From an uncultured Chloroflexia bacterium (GTDB lineage: Bacteria > Chloroflexota > Limnocylindria > QHBO01), in NCBI GenBank assembly GCA_963814375.1, contig CAWFCQ010000008.1, positions 96,001 through 160,000 of the forward strand: a DNA stretch of 64,000 nucleotides, in the 5' to 3' direction. Of the stretch, positions 21,019 through 34,070 are shown piece after piece. The notes beneath the pieces are model-generated. The model searched no databases, was not told the origin of the DNA, and saw only the letters and a list, made by a program, of their open reading frames with translations. Within the stretch, counting starts at the first letter, position 1; every line of letters begins with the position of its first letter. Made by a program: the position numbers and the translations under genes.

Positions 21019-22089
21019 TCAGTTGCAGCCCGCGACGCAGCGCCAGGCCCCGTCCCACTCCCACGTGTCGGCGAGCGACGCGCCGGACGCCTCGAAGCCA
21101 CCGTAGAGCACCATCACGTCACGCTCCTGGTCGTAGCCGAGGGCGGGCATCCCGCGGGCCGATGGCGCGTCACCCTCGAGCTGGGTCCAGGCCTCGTCGG
21201 CCAGGATCCATGTCTCGTCGGTCAGCGAGCCGAAGGTCGAGACGCTCGTCGCGCCGCCGAACAGGAGCGCGCCGTCCCGACCGACCGCCATCCCGGCATG
21301 CGACCGCGCACTCGGTCCGGCGATGTCGAGCTCCCTCCAGGCGCTCCCGTCCCACGCCCAGAAGTCGTCATGGACGCGCGAGCCGTCGTAGCCGCCCCAC
21401 AGCAGGACGCGCTCGCTGGCGGCATCGTCGACGAGCTCGAAATGCGCGCGGAACGGTGGTCCGTCATCGGCCACCCGCTGCCACGTGCCGCCGTCCCAGG
21501 CCCAGGTTGACGTCTGCTCGGTTCGATCGGCGTCCTGGCCACCGAAGAGGAGGGTCCGTGCACGCGTCGAGTCATGGACGAGCTTCATGTGGTCGCAGGC
21601 CGGCGGCGGCTCCGCCTCGATGCGCTGCCATGTGTCGCCGTCCCACTCCCATGTCTCGGCGACGCAGGCGTTGCTCCCGTACGGCAGCCCGCCGTAGCGG
21701 ACGATGACTCCGCGCCGGACATCGCGCGCGGCGCCGGCTACCACGGTCGCGTCCGGGCCGCTGTCACCGACGAGGTGCCACGCCAGACCGTCCCAGCTCC
21801 AGATCCGCTCGACGGCGTCGGGATCCTCCTGGTCGACGCAGCTTGCAAGCAGCATCGTCCCAAGGTCGGCGTCGAAGAAGAGTTCGGCATCGAGGCATGC
21901 CGGCGGCGCCTCGGCCGATGGCACGGACGGCTCGGCTTCGCTGGCCGATGGGCTCGCCGCGACACCACTCGCCGAGAAGGACGGCGCATCAGAGTCCGCT
22001 GAGCGGTCCGCTGTCGCGCTGCAACCCGACAGCCCAAGCGCCAGCGACGCCATCACCACGAACCGATTGCGCGGCTTCACACCACTCAC
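21019..22089 (-). CDS. Kelch-like beta-propeller lipoprotein
   Basis: LSGC lipobox; repeated L(F/Y/W)GG...(E/D)TW.WDG..W. Confidence 0.85.
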   Translation of the reverse strand: MSGVKPRNRFVVMASLALGLSGCSATADRSADSDAPSFSASGVAASPSASEAEPSVPSAEAPPACLDAELFFDADLGTMLLASCVDQEDPDAVERIWSWDGLAWHLVGDSGPDATVVAGAARDVRRGVIVRYGGLPYGSNACVAETWEWDGDTWQRIEAEPPPACDHMKLVHDSTRARTLLFGGQDADRTEQTSTWAWDGGTWQRVADDGPPFRAHFELVDDAASERVLLWGGYDGSRVHDDFWAWDGSAWRELDIAGPSARSHAGMAVGRDGALLFGGATSVSTFGSLTDETWILADEAWTQLEGDAPSARGMPALGYDQERDVMVLYGGFEASGASLADTWEWDGAWRCVAGCN

Positions 22090-22198
22090 TACGTGGCCGC
22101 CCGGCCCATTGGTTCACCGAAACCAGGCCGCCGGTGCCGGGCGCCCGGTGGAGCCAGCGTGCTGCGATGCGCGCTACCCCACCGTAGACTCACCGCGC

Positions 22199-23335
22199 AT
22201 GGCAGCGCGTGCCCACGACGTCATCGTCATCGGCCTGGGCGGGATGGGGTCGGCCGCGGCGTACCACCTGGCGCGGCGCGGCAGCCGCGTGCTCGGGCTG
22301 GAGCAGTTTCAGCCGCTTCACGAGCGGGGCTCATCCCATGGGCTGACCCGGATCATCCGCCTCGCCTATCACGAGGACCCGTCGTACGTCCCGCTTCTGC
22401 GTCGGGCGTACGAGCTCTGGCACGACCTCGAGACCGATGCCGGCGAGAAGCTTCTCGTCACCACCGGATCGCTTGAGGGCGGCCCGGAGGACGGCGCGAC
22501 CTTCCGCGGCGCCGTCGCCGCGGCCGAGCTCCACGACATCCCGCACGAGGTCCTCGATGCTGCGGAGCTTCGCCGCCGATTTCCGGCCTACGCCGGGTTC
22601 GATGCTTCCACACGCGTCGTCCTCCAGCCCGACGGCGGCTTTCTCCTGGCCGAGCCGACGATTTCGGCCCACCTCGACGGCGCGCGGCGTGCCGGCGCCG
22701 ACCTCCGCTTCGATGTGCCCGTTGGCGGCTGGGAGCCAATGGGCGATGGCGTTCGCGTCGTGACCGATGCCGGTACGTTCGAGGCCGACCGGCTGGTGAT
22801 CTGTGCCGGCGCGTGGGCACGGAAGCTCGTGCCATCACTCGCCCGGATGGCGGTGCCCGAGCGACAGGTCCTCGCCTGGCTCGCCCCGATGCGGCCCGAT
22901 CTCTTCGACATCGATCGGTTCCCGGTCTTTCTCATCGACGTGGAGGAGGGCAGCTTCTACGGCTTGCCGGTCCACGACGGCCACGGGTTCAAGTTCGGCA
23001 AGTACCACCATCTCTTCGAGCCGATGGACCCGGATGATCCTGACCGGTCGGTCCAGCCGACCGACGAGGCGGTCCTTCGCGCCTTCGCCGAGCGCTATTT
23101 CCCCGATGGCGCCGGGCCGACCGAGATGCTCAAGGCATGCATCTTCACGAACTCACCGGATGAGCATTTCATCCTCGACTCGCTGCCCGATGCGCCGCAG
23201 GTCAGCCTCTTCGCAGGCGAGTCGGGCCACGGCTACAAGTTCTGCAGCGTCGTTGGCGAGATCCTGGCGGACCTCGCCACCGATGGCGCGACCCGCCACG
23301 ACATCGGCCTCTTCCGGCTCGACCGGTTCGGTTGA
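22199..23335 (+). CDS. solA: N-methyl-L-tryptophan oxidase / monomeric sarcosine oxidase family
   Basis: GLGGMGS, GSSHGLTRIIR, C.FTNSPDEHF (FAD-linking Cys position), SGHGYKF. Confidence 0.88.
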   Translation: MAARAHDVIVIGLGGMGSAAAYHLARRGSRVLGLEQFQPLHERGSSHGLTRIIRLAYHEDPSYVPLLRRAYELWHDLETDAGEKLLVTTGSLEGGPEDGATFRGAVAAAELHDIPHEVLDAAELRRRFPAYAGFDASTRVVLQPDGGFLLAEPTISAHLDGARRAGADLRFDVPVGGWEPMGDGVRVVTDAGTFEADRLVICAGAWARKLVPSLARMAVPERQVLAWLAPMRPDLFDIDRFPVFLIDVEEGSFYGLPVHDGHGFKFGKYHHLFEPMDPDDPDRSVQPTDEAVLRAFAERYFPDGAGPTEMLKACIFTNSPDEHFILDSLPDAPQVSLFAGESGHGYKFCSVVGEILADLATDGATRHDIGLFRLDRFG

Positions 23336-23345
23336 CGCCTGCGGA

Positions 23346-26300
23346 TCAGCGTCCCGTTCGGCGCCGGCCCGGCGCAAGCGCCTGTCGCCCCCGTGTGCCC
23401 GGCCGTACCGGCGACCGCTCCATGCCGCCGACCGCGAGGGCGGCGCAGATCATCGAGACCGCGACGATCCATGGAAGCAGTGAGACGAGCGGCGGCAGCG
23501 GCATGGCGGTGTCGGGCAGCTCGCCCGATCCTGGCTCCGCACTTGGGGAGGGGGACGCGGCCGGCGGATCGCTCGGGTCGGGAGTCGGCGTCGGAGTCGG
23601 CGTCGGGCTCGGCGGGCCAGCGGCCACCGCGATCGTGAACGTCGCGGCGTTCGAGACGGCTGTCACGGTCGGGACGGCGGTGCCGTCGTTGGCGGAGAAG
23701 GTGAAGCTGTCGGTGCCGTTGAAAGCGGGTCCGGCGTCGTAGGTGAACGTGCCGTCAGGGTTGAAGGTCAGCGTGCCGTTGGCCGGGTCCGTGTCAGATG
23801 CATAAGTCAGCGTGTCACCGTCGACATCGGTGCAGGTGACCGAGCCGGCCAGGGATGTGTCCTCGTTCGTGGACGCCGCGTCGTCGGCGCACACCGGCGC
23901 GTCGTTGACGGCGGTGACCGTGATGGTGAAGGTCGCCGTGTTCGAGGTGTCGCTGCCGTCGCCGGCGGAGAACGTGAAGCTGTCTGTGCCGTTGAAGTCG
24001 GGGTTTGGGGTGTAGGTGAAGTTGCCGTCGGCGTTGAGCACCAAGGTGCCGTCGGACGGACCACTGACCTCGGCGTAGGTCAGCGTGTCACCGTCGACAT
24101 CGGTGCAGGCCAGGCTGTCGCCCAGCGGTGTGTCCTCGTCGGTGGTGGCCGCGTCATCGGCGCACACCGGCGCGTCGTTGGCGGTTGTCACCGTGATGGT
24201 GAACGTCGCGGTGTTGGATGTATCGGTGCCGTCATTGGCCGTGAAGGTGAAGCTGTCGGTGCCGATGAAGTCGGCATCCGGGGTATAGGTGAACGTGCCG
24301 TCCGCAGCCATCACCAGCATGCCGTTGGCCGGGTCCGTGCCCGATGCGTAGGTCAGCGTGTCACCGTCGACATCGGTGCAGGTGACCGAGCCGACCAGGG
24401 GTGTGTCCTCGTCGGTGGATGCCGAGTCGTCGGCGCACACCGGCGCGTCGTTGACGGCGGTGACGGTGATGGTGAAGGTCGCGGTGTTCGAGGAGTCGGT
24501 GCCGTCGTCGGCGGAGAACGTGAAGCTGTCGATGCCGTTGAAATTGGCATCAGGGGTATACGTGAATGTCCCGTCGGGAGCCAGCACGAGCGCCCCGTTG
24601 GTCGGGCCGCTGACCTCGGCATAGGCCAGAGCCATCGCCCTCGACGTCGGCGCAGACGAGGCTGCCGCCCAGGGGTGTGTCCTCGTCGGTGGTGGCCGCA
24701 TCGTCGGCACAGACCGGCGCGTCGTTGGCGGCCGCGACCGTGATGGTGAAGGTCGCTGTGTTCGAGCCGTCGGCGCCATCGTTGGCGGAGAAGGTGAAGC
24801 TGTCGGTGCCGGTGAAGTCCGGATCGGGCGTGTAGGTGAAGGTGCCATCGGGATTGAGGGTCAGGCTGCCGTTAGCCGGGTCCGTGCCCGATGCGTAGGT
24901 CAGCGCATCACCGTCGACATCGGTGCAGGTGACCGAGCCAGCGAGGGGCGTGTCCTCGTCGGTGTTGTCCGCATCGTCGGCGCACACCGGCGCGTCGTTG
25001 ACGGCCGTGACCGTGATGGTGAAGGTCGCCGTGTTCGAGGACTCGGTGCCGTCGTCGGCAGAGAAGGTGAAGCTGTCGCTGCCGTTGAAGTCGGCATCGG
25101 GGGTGTAGGTGAAGCTGCCGTCCGTGTTGACCGCGAGCGTGCCATTCGATGGGCCGGTGACCTCGGCGTAGGTCAGCGTGTCACCGTCGACATCGGTGCA
25201 CGAGACGAAGCCGGCCAGCGGGGCGTCCTCGTCTGGTCGTGGCCGTGTCATCGCCGCACACCGGCGCGTCGTTGACGGCCGGGACCGTGATCGTGAAGGT
25301 CGCCACGTTCGAGACGGCGGAGTCGTCATCGGCGGTGAAGGTGAAGCTGTCGCTGCCGTTGAAGTCCGGATCGGGCGTGTAGGTGAATGTGCCGCCGGGG
25401 TTGAGCAGCAGTGTCCCGTCGGAGGGACCGGCGACCTCGGCATAGGTCAGCGTGTCGCCCTCGACATCGGTGCACGCCAGGCTGTCGTTCAGCGGCGTGT
25501 CTTCGTCGGTGGACGCCGCGTCATCGGCGCAGGCCGGCGCGTCGTTGACGGCGCCGACGGACACGACGAACGACTGCGCTGCGCTCGTGTCGATCCCGCC
25601 GTTCGCGGTCCCGCCGTTGTCGGCGATGACCAGTGAGATCGTCGAAGTCCCGTTCGCGTTGGCGGCCGGCGTGAAGGTCAGGGTCCCGGTCGGACTGACC
25701 GTCGGGCCGGCCGAGAAGAGGGCGGCGTTCGAATTGCCGGTGATCGCGAAGGCGAGGGTCTGGCCGGACTCATTCGCCGGACCGCGGCTGAGGCTGGTCG
25801 CCCAGCCGGCCACGGACTGTGCACCGGCGTCCTCGGCAACGACCTGATCGCCACCCTTCGTGAAGCTCGGCACGTCGTTCACCGACAGCACGGTGATGGC
25901 CGCCGTGTCCGTCGCCGAGCTGAATGCGGTCGTGCCGCCGCTGGTGGTCGTATTGGCGAGCCCGCCGTTCGTCCCGGTTGTCTGATCCCACGCCCGCAGG
26001 GTGACGGTGGAACTTCCGAAGTAGTTTGCGTTCGGGACGAACCGCAGGCGGTTGGCTGGTGCCGACGCCAGCAGCCGAGCATTGGCAACGGCGACGGCCC
26101 CGATTGCTGTCCATGCGCCGCCACTGTTCGTGGAGTACTGCCACGTGCCGTTCGTGGTGTCCGCGGCGACGATGGCGATCCCGCGCAGCGCACCCGCATC
26201 GGCATCGGTGATGTAGCCGGCGCCGCCTGCGGCGATGAGAGTCGGGATGTCATCGCCGTCATCGGCTGCCGGGTCTTCCAGGATGGTGCCGAGCGTCGGA

Positions 26301-26873
26301 TTGCCTGCCGGGGCGAGCACGGGAGCCGAGTTCGGCGGCGGCGAGACCGTCACGGCAGGGTTCGAGCCGGACTGGGCGAACAGCTGACCAGCGCAGTTGT
26401 TCTGGCCGAAGGCCGTCGTCGTGAACGTCAGGCTGCCCGCGGACGCGGCGGTCCCGGTGAAGGTCACCTGGACCCGTCCATTGGTGTCGATGTCGTTCGC
26501 AGCCACACCGCTTCGGACCGTCTGTCAATGCCCCCAACACAACGGTCGGCGCACTCCAGGTTCGGGCGGTCCCGGGTGGAATTGGCGGGTCCTGGGCGAG
26601 GACGGTCGGGGTCCCGCTCAGCGTGAATCCAGCTGGCATCGTCACGCGCACACAGCCCATCAGCGTCTGTCCCGGGCTGACGCTGACATTGTTGAACGTC
26701 ACTGTGAAGGTTGTCGGCGTGCCTGCCACTGCTGTCGTGGGACTGATCGTGGCGGTATTGATCTGGACTGCCGCGACCGGCATCGGGCCGGCGAGCGCCG
26801 CAACCAGCGCGCCGACTTGGACGGCGACGAGGGCCAGCCGTCGCGCTGACGTGCCGGATCGACGATGGTGCAT
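23346..26873 (-). CDS. Large sortase-anchored surface protein with about 7 cadherin-like Ig (Big_9/tandem-95) repeats; frameshifts near 26530, 25235, 24635
   Basis: Signal peptide from ATG 26873; NDAPVCADD...DEDTPL...DVDGD...FTYTP..DFNG.DSFTF units; PT linker, LPDTA, TM and basic tail. Confidence 0.87.
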
Positions 26874-27159
26874 TTCCTGATGACAACCTCGGCAAGAGCG
26901 TGGATGGGCACGCCACGCCGGCGAGCGACGGGAGCCTAGCAACGACCGGCACCAACTCCACCGGTACGGATGGCTGGCCGCCAACGGGCATCCGGGTCAT
27001 GGCGCCACGACCGACATCACGAAGATGTGGACAACTTTGGTGGACAGACCCCTTCCGGTTGGCGGGCAAGCGAGCCTACGATCCGGGCCGGCCGTGCAGC
27101 CCCGCCAGGGCTCGCGGACCAAGCAATCATCTCGATCCTGCATCGGAGGGTGCCATCGA

Positions 27160-27504
27160 ATGAACCAGCGGTCGTCGGTGTCCGCCGCCGCCCCGCGGAC
27201 GGACCCGCCGGAGGAGCAACCGCCTCCTGATGTCGAAGCCTTCATCCGCTTTTGCCACGCTCGACGAGGCGCCAGTTGGCCGGAGCTCTATGACGAGATG
27301 TGCGGCGTCGCCGCCCGTCGCGAGTTCAACGGCTGGGACCATGAGCAGCTGGCATCGCGCGGACTGACCTTCTCACTGCTGGAGATGCCGCGGCTGGCCG
27401 CATGGGCGCGAGCCGTCCTGGCCGGCCTGGCCGAGCAGCGGGAGGCCGATGGACACCGAGGATCCGCGACACCCAGGCTCGAGGCGCAGGTCGCCGTCGT
27501 CTGA
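27160..27504 (+). CDS. Hypothetical protein (114 aa)
   Basis: GGAGG RBS, coding-like codon use, followed by a terminator; core FIRFCHARRG..WPELYDEMC.VA. Confidence 0.75.
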   Translation: MNQRSSVSAAAPRTDPPEEQPPPDVEAFIRFCHARRGASWPELYDEMCGVAARREFNGWDHEQLASRGLTFSLLEMPRLAAWARAVLAGLAEQREADGHRGSATPRLEAQVAVV

Positions 27505-27531
27505 GAGCGACGACGCCTGCGCCGTTCAAGC

Positions 27532-27569
27532 GCGGCCCCGGTCCTTTCGAGGATCGGGGCCGTTGTTTT
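27532..27569 (+). terminator. Intrinsic terminator between convergent genes
   Basis: gcggccccggtcct-ttcg-aggatcggggccgt followed by tgtttt. Confidence 0.85.
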
Positions 27570-27867
27570 AGTAGGAGTGCCGCCGGGCCATCTCGCGCTC
27601 GATCATGCGCTCCATGACCATGTACTTCTCGATCCTCCGTCGAAGCTCGTTCGCCTCGGGCGTGTAGAGGTGGACGAACTGCTGCAGCTCCAGGCTGAGC
27701 TTGCGGCTCGTGATGCGGGCGTGATCGAGGTTGCGCCGCAGCAGCACCTGGTCCATGCGGCGCAGGTGCTCCTCGTTGAGGAGATCCTCGTCGCGCAGGA
27801 GCTCGCGATCGATATCGAGCTGGGTCCGTTGCAGCTGGACCGGGGCGATGATCGGATCGTCGGCCAT
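27568..27867 (-). CDS. Hypothetical charged helical protein (99 aa)
   Basis: ATG 27867, strong GC3 bias, 10 bp downstream of the receiver gene. Confidence 0.75.
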   Translation of the reverse strand: MADDPIIAPVQLQRTQLDIDRELLRDEDLLNEEHLRRMDQVLLRRNLDHARITSRKLSLELQQFVHLYTPEANELRRRIEKYMVMERMIEREMARRHSY

Positions 27868-27877
27868 CGGCGCCAGT

Positions 27878-28285
27878 CTAGCCCGCGGCGCGAAGTGGCT
27901 GCCCGACCAGGCTTCCGACCAGATCCGTGACCTCGTCGATCCCGAACGGCTTGGCCAGGACATGGACGTTGCCGATCGCCTCGAGCTCGCCGATCCGATC
28001 GCGCAGCGCCGTCACATCGGCCGAGCACACGACGATCGGGATGTGCGCCAGGCGGGCATCGGCACGGCACAGAGTGACGATCTCCCAGCCCGAGGCGCCG
28101 CCCAGCAGGAGGTCGATGATGATGAGGTCGGGGTCTGACGCCGACAGCTCGGCGACGCTCGTCTCCTGGCCGTTGAAGAGGCTGACGTTGTAGCCGGCGT
28201 CCTCGTCGAGGATGGCAGCCATGAGCTCGAGGAATTCCGGGTTGTCGTTGAGCACGCTGATCCGCGGGCTCCGGTCATCGGTCAT
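27878..28285 (-). CDS. Single-domain response regulator (receiver)
   Basis: VLNDN, PDLIIIDLLL (phospho-Asp), VVCSA, KPF. Confidence 0.9.
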   Translation of the reverse strand: MTDDRSPRISVLNDNPEFLELMAAILDEDAGYNVSLFNGQETSVAELSASDPDLIIIDLLLGGASGWEIVTLCRADARLAHIPIVVCSADVTALRDRIGELEAIGNVHVLAKPFGIDEVTDLVGSLVGQPLRAAG

Positions 28286-28355
28286 GGGCCACCTCCGGGG
28301 CGCGCCGAGTATAGGCTCGGGTGGCCGGCTGTGCCCAAGTTATGCTTTCGAGCGG

Positions 28356-28432
28356 GTCCCCGTAGCTCAGTGGACCAGAGCAGCCGCCTTCTAAGCGGCC
28401 GGTCGCAGGTTCGAATCCTGCCGGGGACGCCA
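28356..28432 (+). tRNA. tRNA-Arg(TCT)
   Basis: GTCCCCG/CGGGGAC acceptor stem, GCCGC-CTTCTAA-GCGGC anticodon arm, GGTTCGAATCC T-arm, encoded CCA; TATGCT -10-like box at 28341. Confidence 0.97.
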
Positions 28433-28435
28433 AAG

Positions 28436-29653
28436 TCACAGCGTGGCAGCGGCCTCGATGGCGGCGATCGAGGCGCCGAGCCCATCCTCGACGCTGATGC
28501 GGCGGGCAAGGGCGCCCGCGCGGTCGCGCAGCACCGGGTCCCCGGCGGCCGCCAGCGCGGCCTCGGCCAGTCGGTCAGCGCGGAGGCCACTCACCGGCTG
28601 TGGCGCCGGCGCGACACCGAGCTTGAAGAGCCGATCACCCCAGTAACGCTGGTCGCCCACGTGCGGGACCACCACCGACGGGACACCCGCGGCGCACGCT
28701 GCGTGAGTCGTTCCCGCGCCACCGTGGTGGACCACGACGCCGGCGCGGGGGAAGAAGGTGCGGTGATCCAGGGCGCCGATCCGCAGCAGGCTGGGCGACG
28801 CGACCGAGGCTGCTTCCGGCCCCTGGACGATCACGCGTCTTCCGGCCTCCAGCATCGATTCGACGGCCGCGTGCAGCGCCACGTCGGATGCGCCGGCCAT
28901 CGACCCGAAGGCGATCACGATCGGGGCTCCGCCATCGGCGAGGAAGCGGTCGACCTCGTCGGGAAGCGCAGGGGCAGGCGACGGGTCGAACCAGGCGCCG
29001 GTCACGCGAGTTCCCGAGGGCAGATCGTGAGGCACGGTGATGATCGACGGCGAGCAGGCGACGATGTGGAGCAGCGGCGAGCGGGCGCGAAAGAGCGGGA
29101 GCCCGCGCTGCGCCGATCCAGCGTGCTGAAGGAGCTCGTCGAGCGGTCGCCCGGTGCGCGCGAGGACGCGATCCAGGATCGACCACGCAAGCCGATTGAG
29201 CGGGCCGAGGCTCGGCATGCCTGGCGGTGGTGCGCTGGCGGTCGGCAGCAGAACGGGGTCGAAGACCACGGTCGCCCAGCGCAGCCCGGCGTCGAGGACC
29301 GCCGCATGCGCCAGCGTGTGGATGCCGTGCAGCAGCACGAGGTCGTGGCCGGGCAGGAGCGAGCGCAGGCGCCGGTAGTGCGCCTCGCCATCGGCCAGGT
29401 GGAAGTCACGCAGGACGGCGACCTGGTCCATCGGCCCGCGGCTGGCCGCCTCGGCCGCAACGGCCGCGATGCGAGCCGGATCGGCATGCGGCCCGGCGAC
29501 CTCGACGTGCACGCCAGGCTGTGAGAGGGCGGCGCGGTGCACCGGCCAGGTGATGGCGGTGACCTCGTGGCCGCGCGCCACGAGGGTCCGGGCAAGGAGC
29601 GCGAAGGGAGCCACGTCACCGGTGGTCCCGACGGTGGCCAGGGCGATCCGCAT
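28436..29653 (-). CDS. GT1 family glycosyltransferase (sterol glucosyltransferase-like)
   Basis: GTTGDVAP, FGSM, VVHHGGAGTT...GVP.VVVP..GDQ.YW. Confidence 0.92.
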   Translation of the reverse strand: MRIALATVGTTGDVAPFALLARTLVARGHEVTAITWPVHRAALSQPGVHVEVAGPHADPARIAAVAAEAASRGPMDQVAVLRDFHLADGEAHYRRLRSLLPGHDLVLLHGIHTLAHAAVLDAGLRWATVVFDPVLLPTASAPPPGMPSLGPLNRLAWSILDRVLARTGRPLDELLQHAGSAQRGLPLFRARSPLLHIVACSPSIITVPHDLPSGTRVTGAWFDPSPAPALPDEVDRFLADGGAPIVIAFGSMAGASDVALHAAVESMLEAGRRVIVQGPEAASVASPSLLRIGALDHRTFFPRAGVVVHHGGAGTTHAACAAGVPSVVVPHVGDQRYWGDRLFKLGVAPAPQPVSGLRADRLAEAALAAAGDPVLRDRAGALARRISVEDGLGASIAAIEAAATL

Positions 29654-29655
29654 CC

Positions 29656-30549
29656 TCAGATGGCGGCGATGCTGCGAGGAGCCATTCGCGGCCCGTAGCG
29701 CGGCGCCACGACGCGGCCCACCTCGAGCAGTCGTTGGACACGGCCGCGTTGGCCCCGATACGGCTCGAGCAGCTCGAGCATTCGCTCGTCGCTTCCCCGC
29801 GGCTCGCCGGCCAGGGCCCAGGCAACAGTGTGTGGGATGTGGTAGTCCCCGATGCTGACAGCGTCGGGATCGCCGAAGGCGACTCTCACCACCTCGGCAG
29901 CCGTCCACGCACCGATGCCCGGCAGCGCCCGAAGCCGGCGATCGCCCTCGGCCGAGGTGCGTGAGCCTTCGAGCCAGGCGGCGCGCCCCGCGGCCCGGCG
30001 TACGACGTCGGCTCGGCGGCGTTCAACGCCCAACGGATGGAACGAGTGGTAGGGGAGTCCGGCCAGGGTCGCGGGATCCGGTGGAAGAATGAGGTCAGCG
30101 GGACCCGGCGCGGGCTGGCCGTGGCGCCGGAGAAGGCCCGCGTACGAGCGAAACGCCTCCGTTCCGGTCACCTTCTGCTCGAGGATGGTCGGCACCAGCG
30201 CATGGACAATCCGATGCGTGCGGGGCATGCGCAGGCCGGGATGCCGCCGCTGGAGGTCTCGGACGATCGGATGGTGGGCCACGAGCGCCTGCGGCTCATC
30301 GGCCTCGCCGATGAGGTCCGGGGTGGCATCGAGCGCCTTCTCCGCCGCCTCGCCCCACGCCGTGGCGATCACGTGTGCCGTGCCATCGAGGACGATCCTG
30401 AGGCTGGCCGGACCGTCCGGCATCCGGAACGCGAGCCATGCCTCCGAGCGGCCGATGCGGATGGTGCGATCGCCGCGCCCGTGCGCCAGCGGCCCGAGTG
30501 TCGTAGGCAGATCCAGCGGACCGGCAAGCTCGATCCGGCGCGAGATCAC
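29656..30549 (-). CDS. AlkA-family HhH-GPD DNA glycosylase
   Basis: ILEQKV, LPGIGAWTA, D.V..GD.H; likely GTG start overlapping the upstream stop. Confidence 0.88.
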   Translation of the reverse strand: MISRRIELAGPLDLPTTLGPLAHGRGDRTIRIGRSEAWLAFRMPDGPASLRIVLDGTAHVIATAWGEAAEKALDATPDLIGEADEPQALVAHHPIVRDLQRRHPGLRMPRTHRIVHALVPTILEQKVTGTEAFRSYAGLLRRHGQPAPGPADLILPPDPATLAGLPYHSFHPLGVERRRADVVRRAAGRAAWLEGSRTSAEGDRRLRALPGIGAWTAAEVVRVAFGDPDAVSIGDYHIPHTVAWALAGEPRGSDERMLELLEPYRGQRGRVQRLLEVGRVVAPRYGPRMAPRSIAAI

Positions 30550-31546
30550 CGCCGCATCGAGAGGAGAATCGGCGACGCGCCGGCCTGCGCGGCCTCGAAC
30601 TCGGCGCGGCTGCGGATCCCGCGATATCCCTCCGCGACGATGTTCTGCGCGCAGGCGGCCCCCAGCGAGGCACCAGGACCGGGGAGGAGGACGACGTCGG
30701 GCGCGTACTCCCGCAGTGCGACCCGCAGGCCGGTGGCGAAGTCGTAGGCGCGCGTCGCCTGCCCGCGCAACGTGTGCTCCGCCAGCTCGGCCGGATCGGT
30801 CGACCACGGCGTGAACCGGATGCCACGACCGTCGATCAGGGTCACGTTCGGTCGATCCCAGCTGAGCTCGCCGATGCGGTCGACTGCGGTGGCCGCGGCG
30901 CCGGCCCGCAGCGGGGTGTGCCACGCATCGGCGCCCACGAGCCTCAGCGGGAACGCGCGGTCGCCGATGGTCACCTGTGGGAGACGATCGGCGAGGGCGC
31001 CGATGCCGGCGGCACTGCCGGCCAGGACGGCAAACGCACCGAGGTCCAGCGAGAGCGCGACGTCGTCATCGGCCTGGTCGAGCGCGTCGCGCAGCTCGCC
31101 GATGCGACCCGGGTCGGGCTGCCAGGCGTCATCGGTCAGCGGGTAGATGAGCTCAGCCGCGCGGAGCTCTCCGGGCAGCGGCGCGTCGGCGGCGAGAGCC
31201 ATCTCCTGGACGAGGCTGAACGCGCCGTCGAAGCCCAGGACGCCGGATGCGGCGAGCGCGGTGTACCAGCCGGTCGAGCTGGCCACCACCACCACGACCT
31301 CGTGATCGCCCGCGATGCGCTCTGCGTCGAGCAAGCCGCACAGGAAGGTGAGCGGCCACGCGTTCGACGGTCGACCGTGAAGATCCGGATCGAGCCGCGC
31401 CGCGCCATCGAGCTCGGACAGGGCGGGAAGGTCTCGCTCGGCGCGAAGCTCGTCCGCCCGGCGCACCCACGCGTGGGAGACGGGCAGGGATCGCAGGGAG
31501 GCGGCGCCGTACGAGCCACGACCCGGGAAGGCGACGGCCGCCCGGC

Positions 31547-31550
<4 letters not shown>
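30546..31550 (-). CDS. FabD-like acyltransferase (divergent malonyl-CoA:ACP transacylase fold)
   Basis: FPGRGSY, ASSTGWYTAL nucleophile elbow, WHTP, LPGPG..LG. Confidence 0.8.
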
Positions 31551-33814
<2,264 letters not shown>

Positions 33815-33874
33815 CCGTTCTGGAAGGCTCGGCGGGTTGGTGGGCGGGGGCGCCCATCATAGCGCCGCCGAAGC

Positions 33875-33994
33875 TCACCTCCACATCGGGAAGTCACCCC
33901 CTCCCGTGGCGGCGATGTTGACCGCGAGCACCACCGCCATGAGCAGGCCGGCCGTTGTCGGGCGGCCGATGACGAGGCGAAGCTGGTTCAGCAT
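33875..33994 (-). CDS. 39-aa small peptide MLNQLRLVIGRPTTAGLLMAVVLAVNIAATGGGDFPMWR
   Basis: Hand-translated; GAGGG RBS 7 nt before ATG, GC3-rich codons, fills an otherwise empty gap. Confidence 0.75.
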   Translation of the reverse strand: MLNQLRLVIGRPTTAGLLMAVVLAVNIAATGGGDFPMWR

Positions 33995-34070
33995 TGGTGC
34001 ACCCTCGTTGTGGCCGGGCACGAGCCCCGAGCTCGCGCGTGCGGCGCGGGGCCATGGGACGCTTCTCCTG

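Noticed and set aside
26874-27159. c-di-GMP riboswitch upstream of the surface protein
   Set aside because: Could not find the GEMM consensus elements by eye; a covariance-model search is needed to exclude it.
28356-28432. tRNA-Arg as an island integration site
   Set aside because: No integrase, no duplicated tRNA 3' end noticed, and no evident composition shift.
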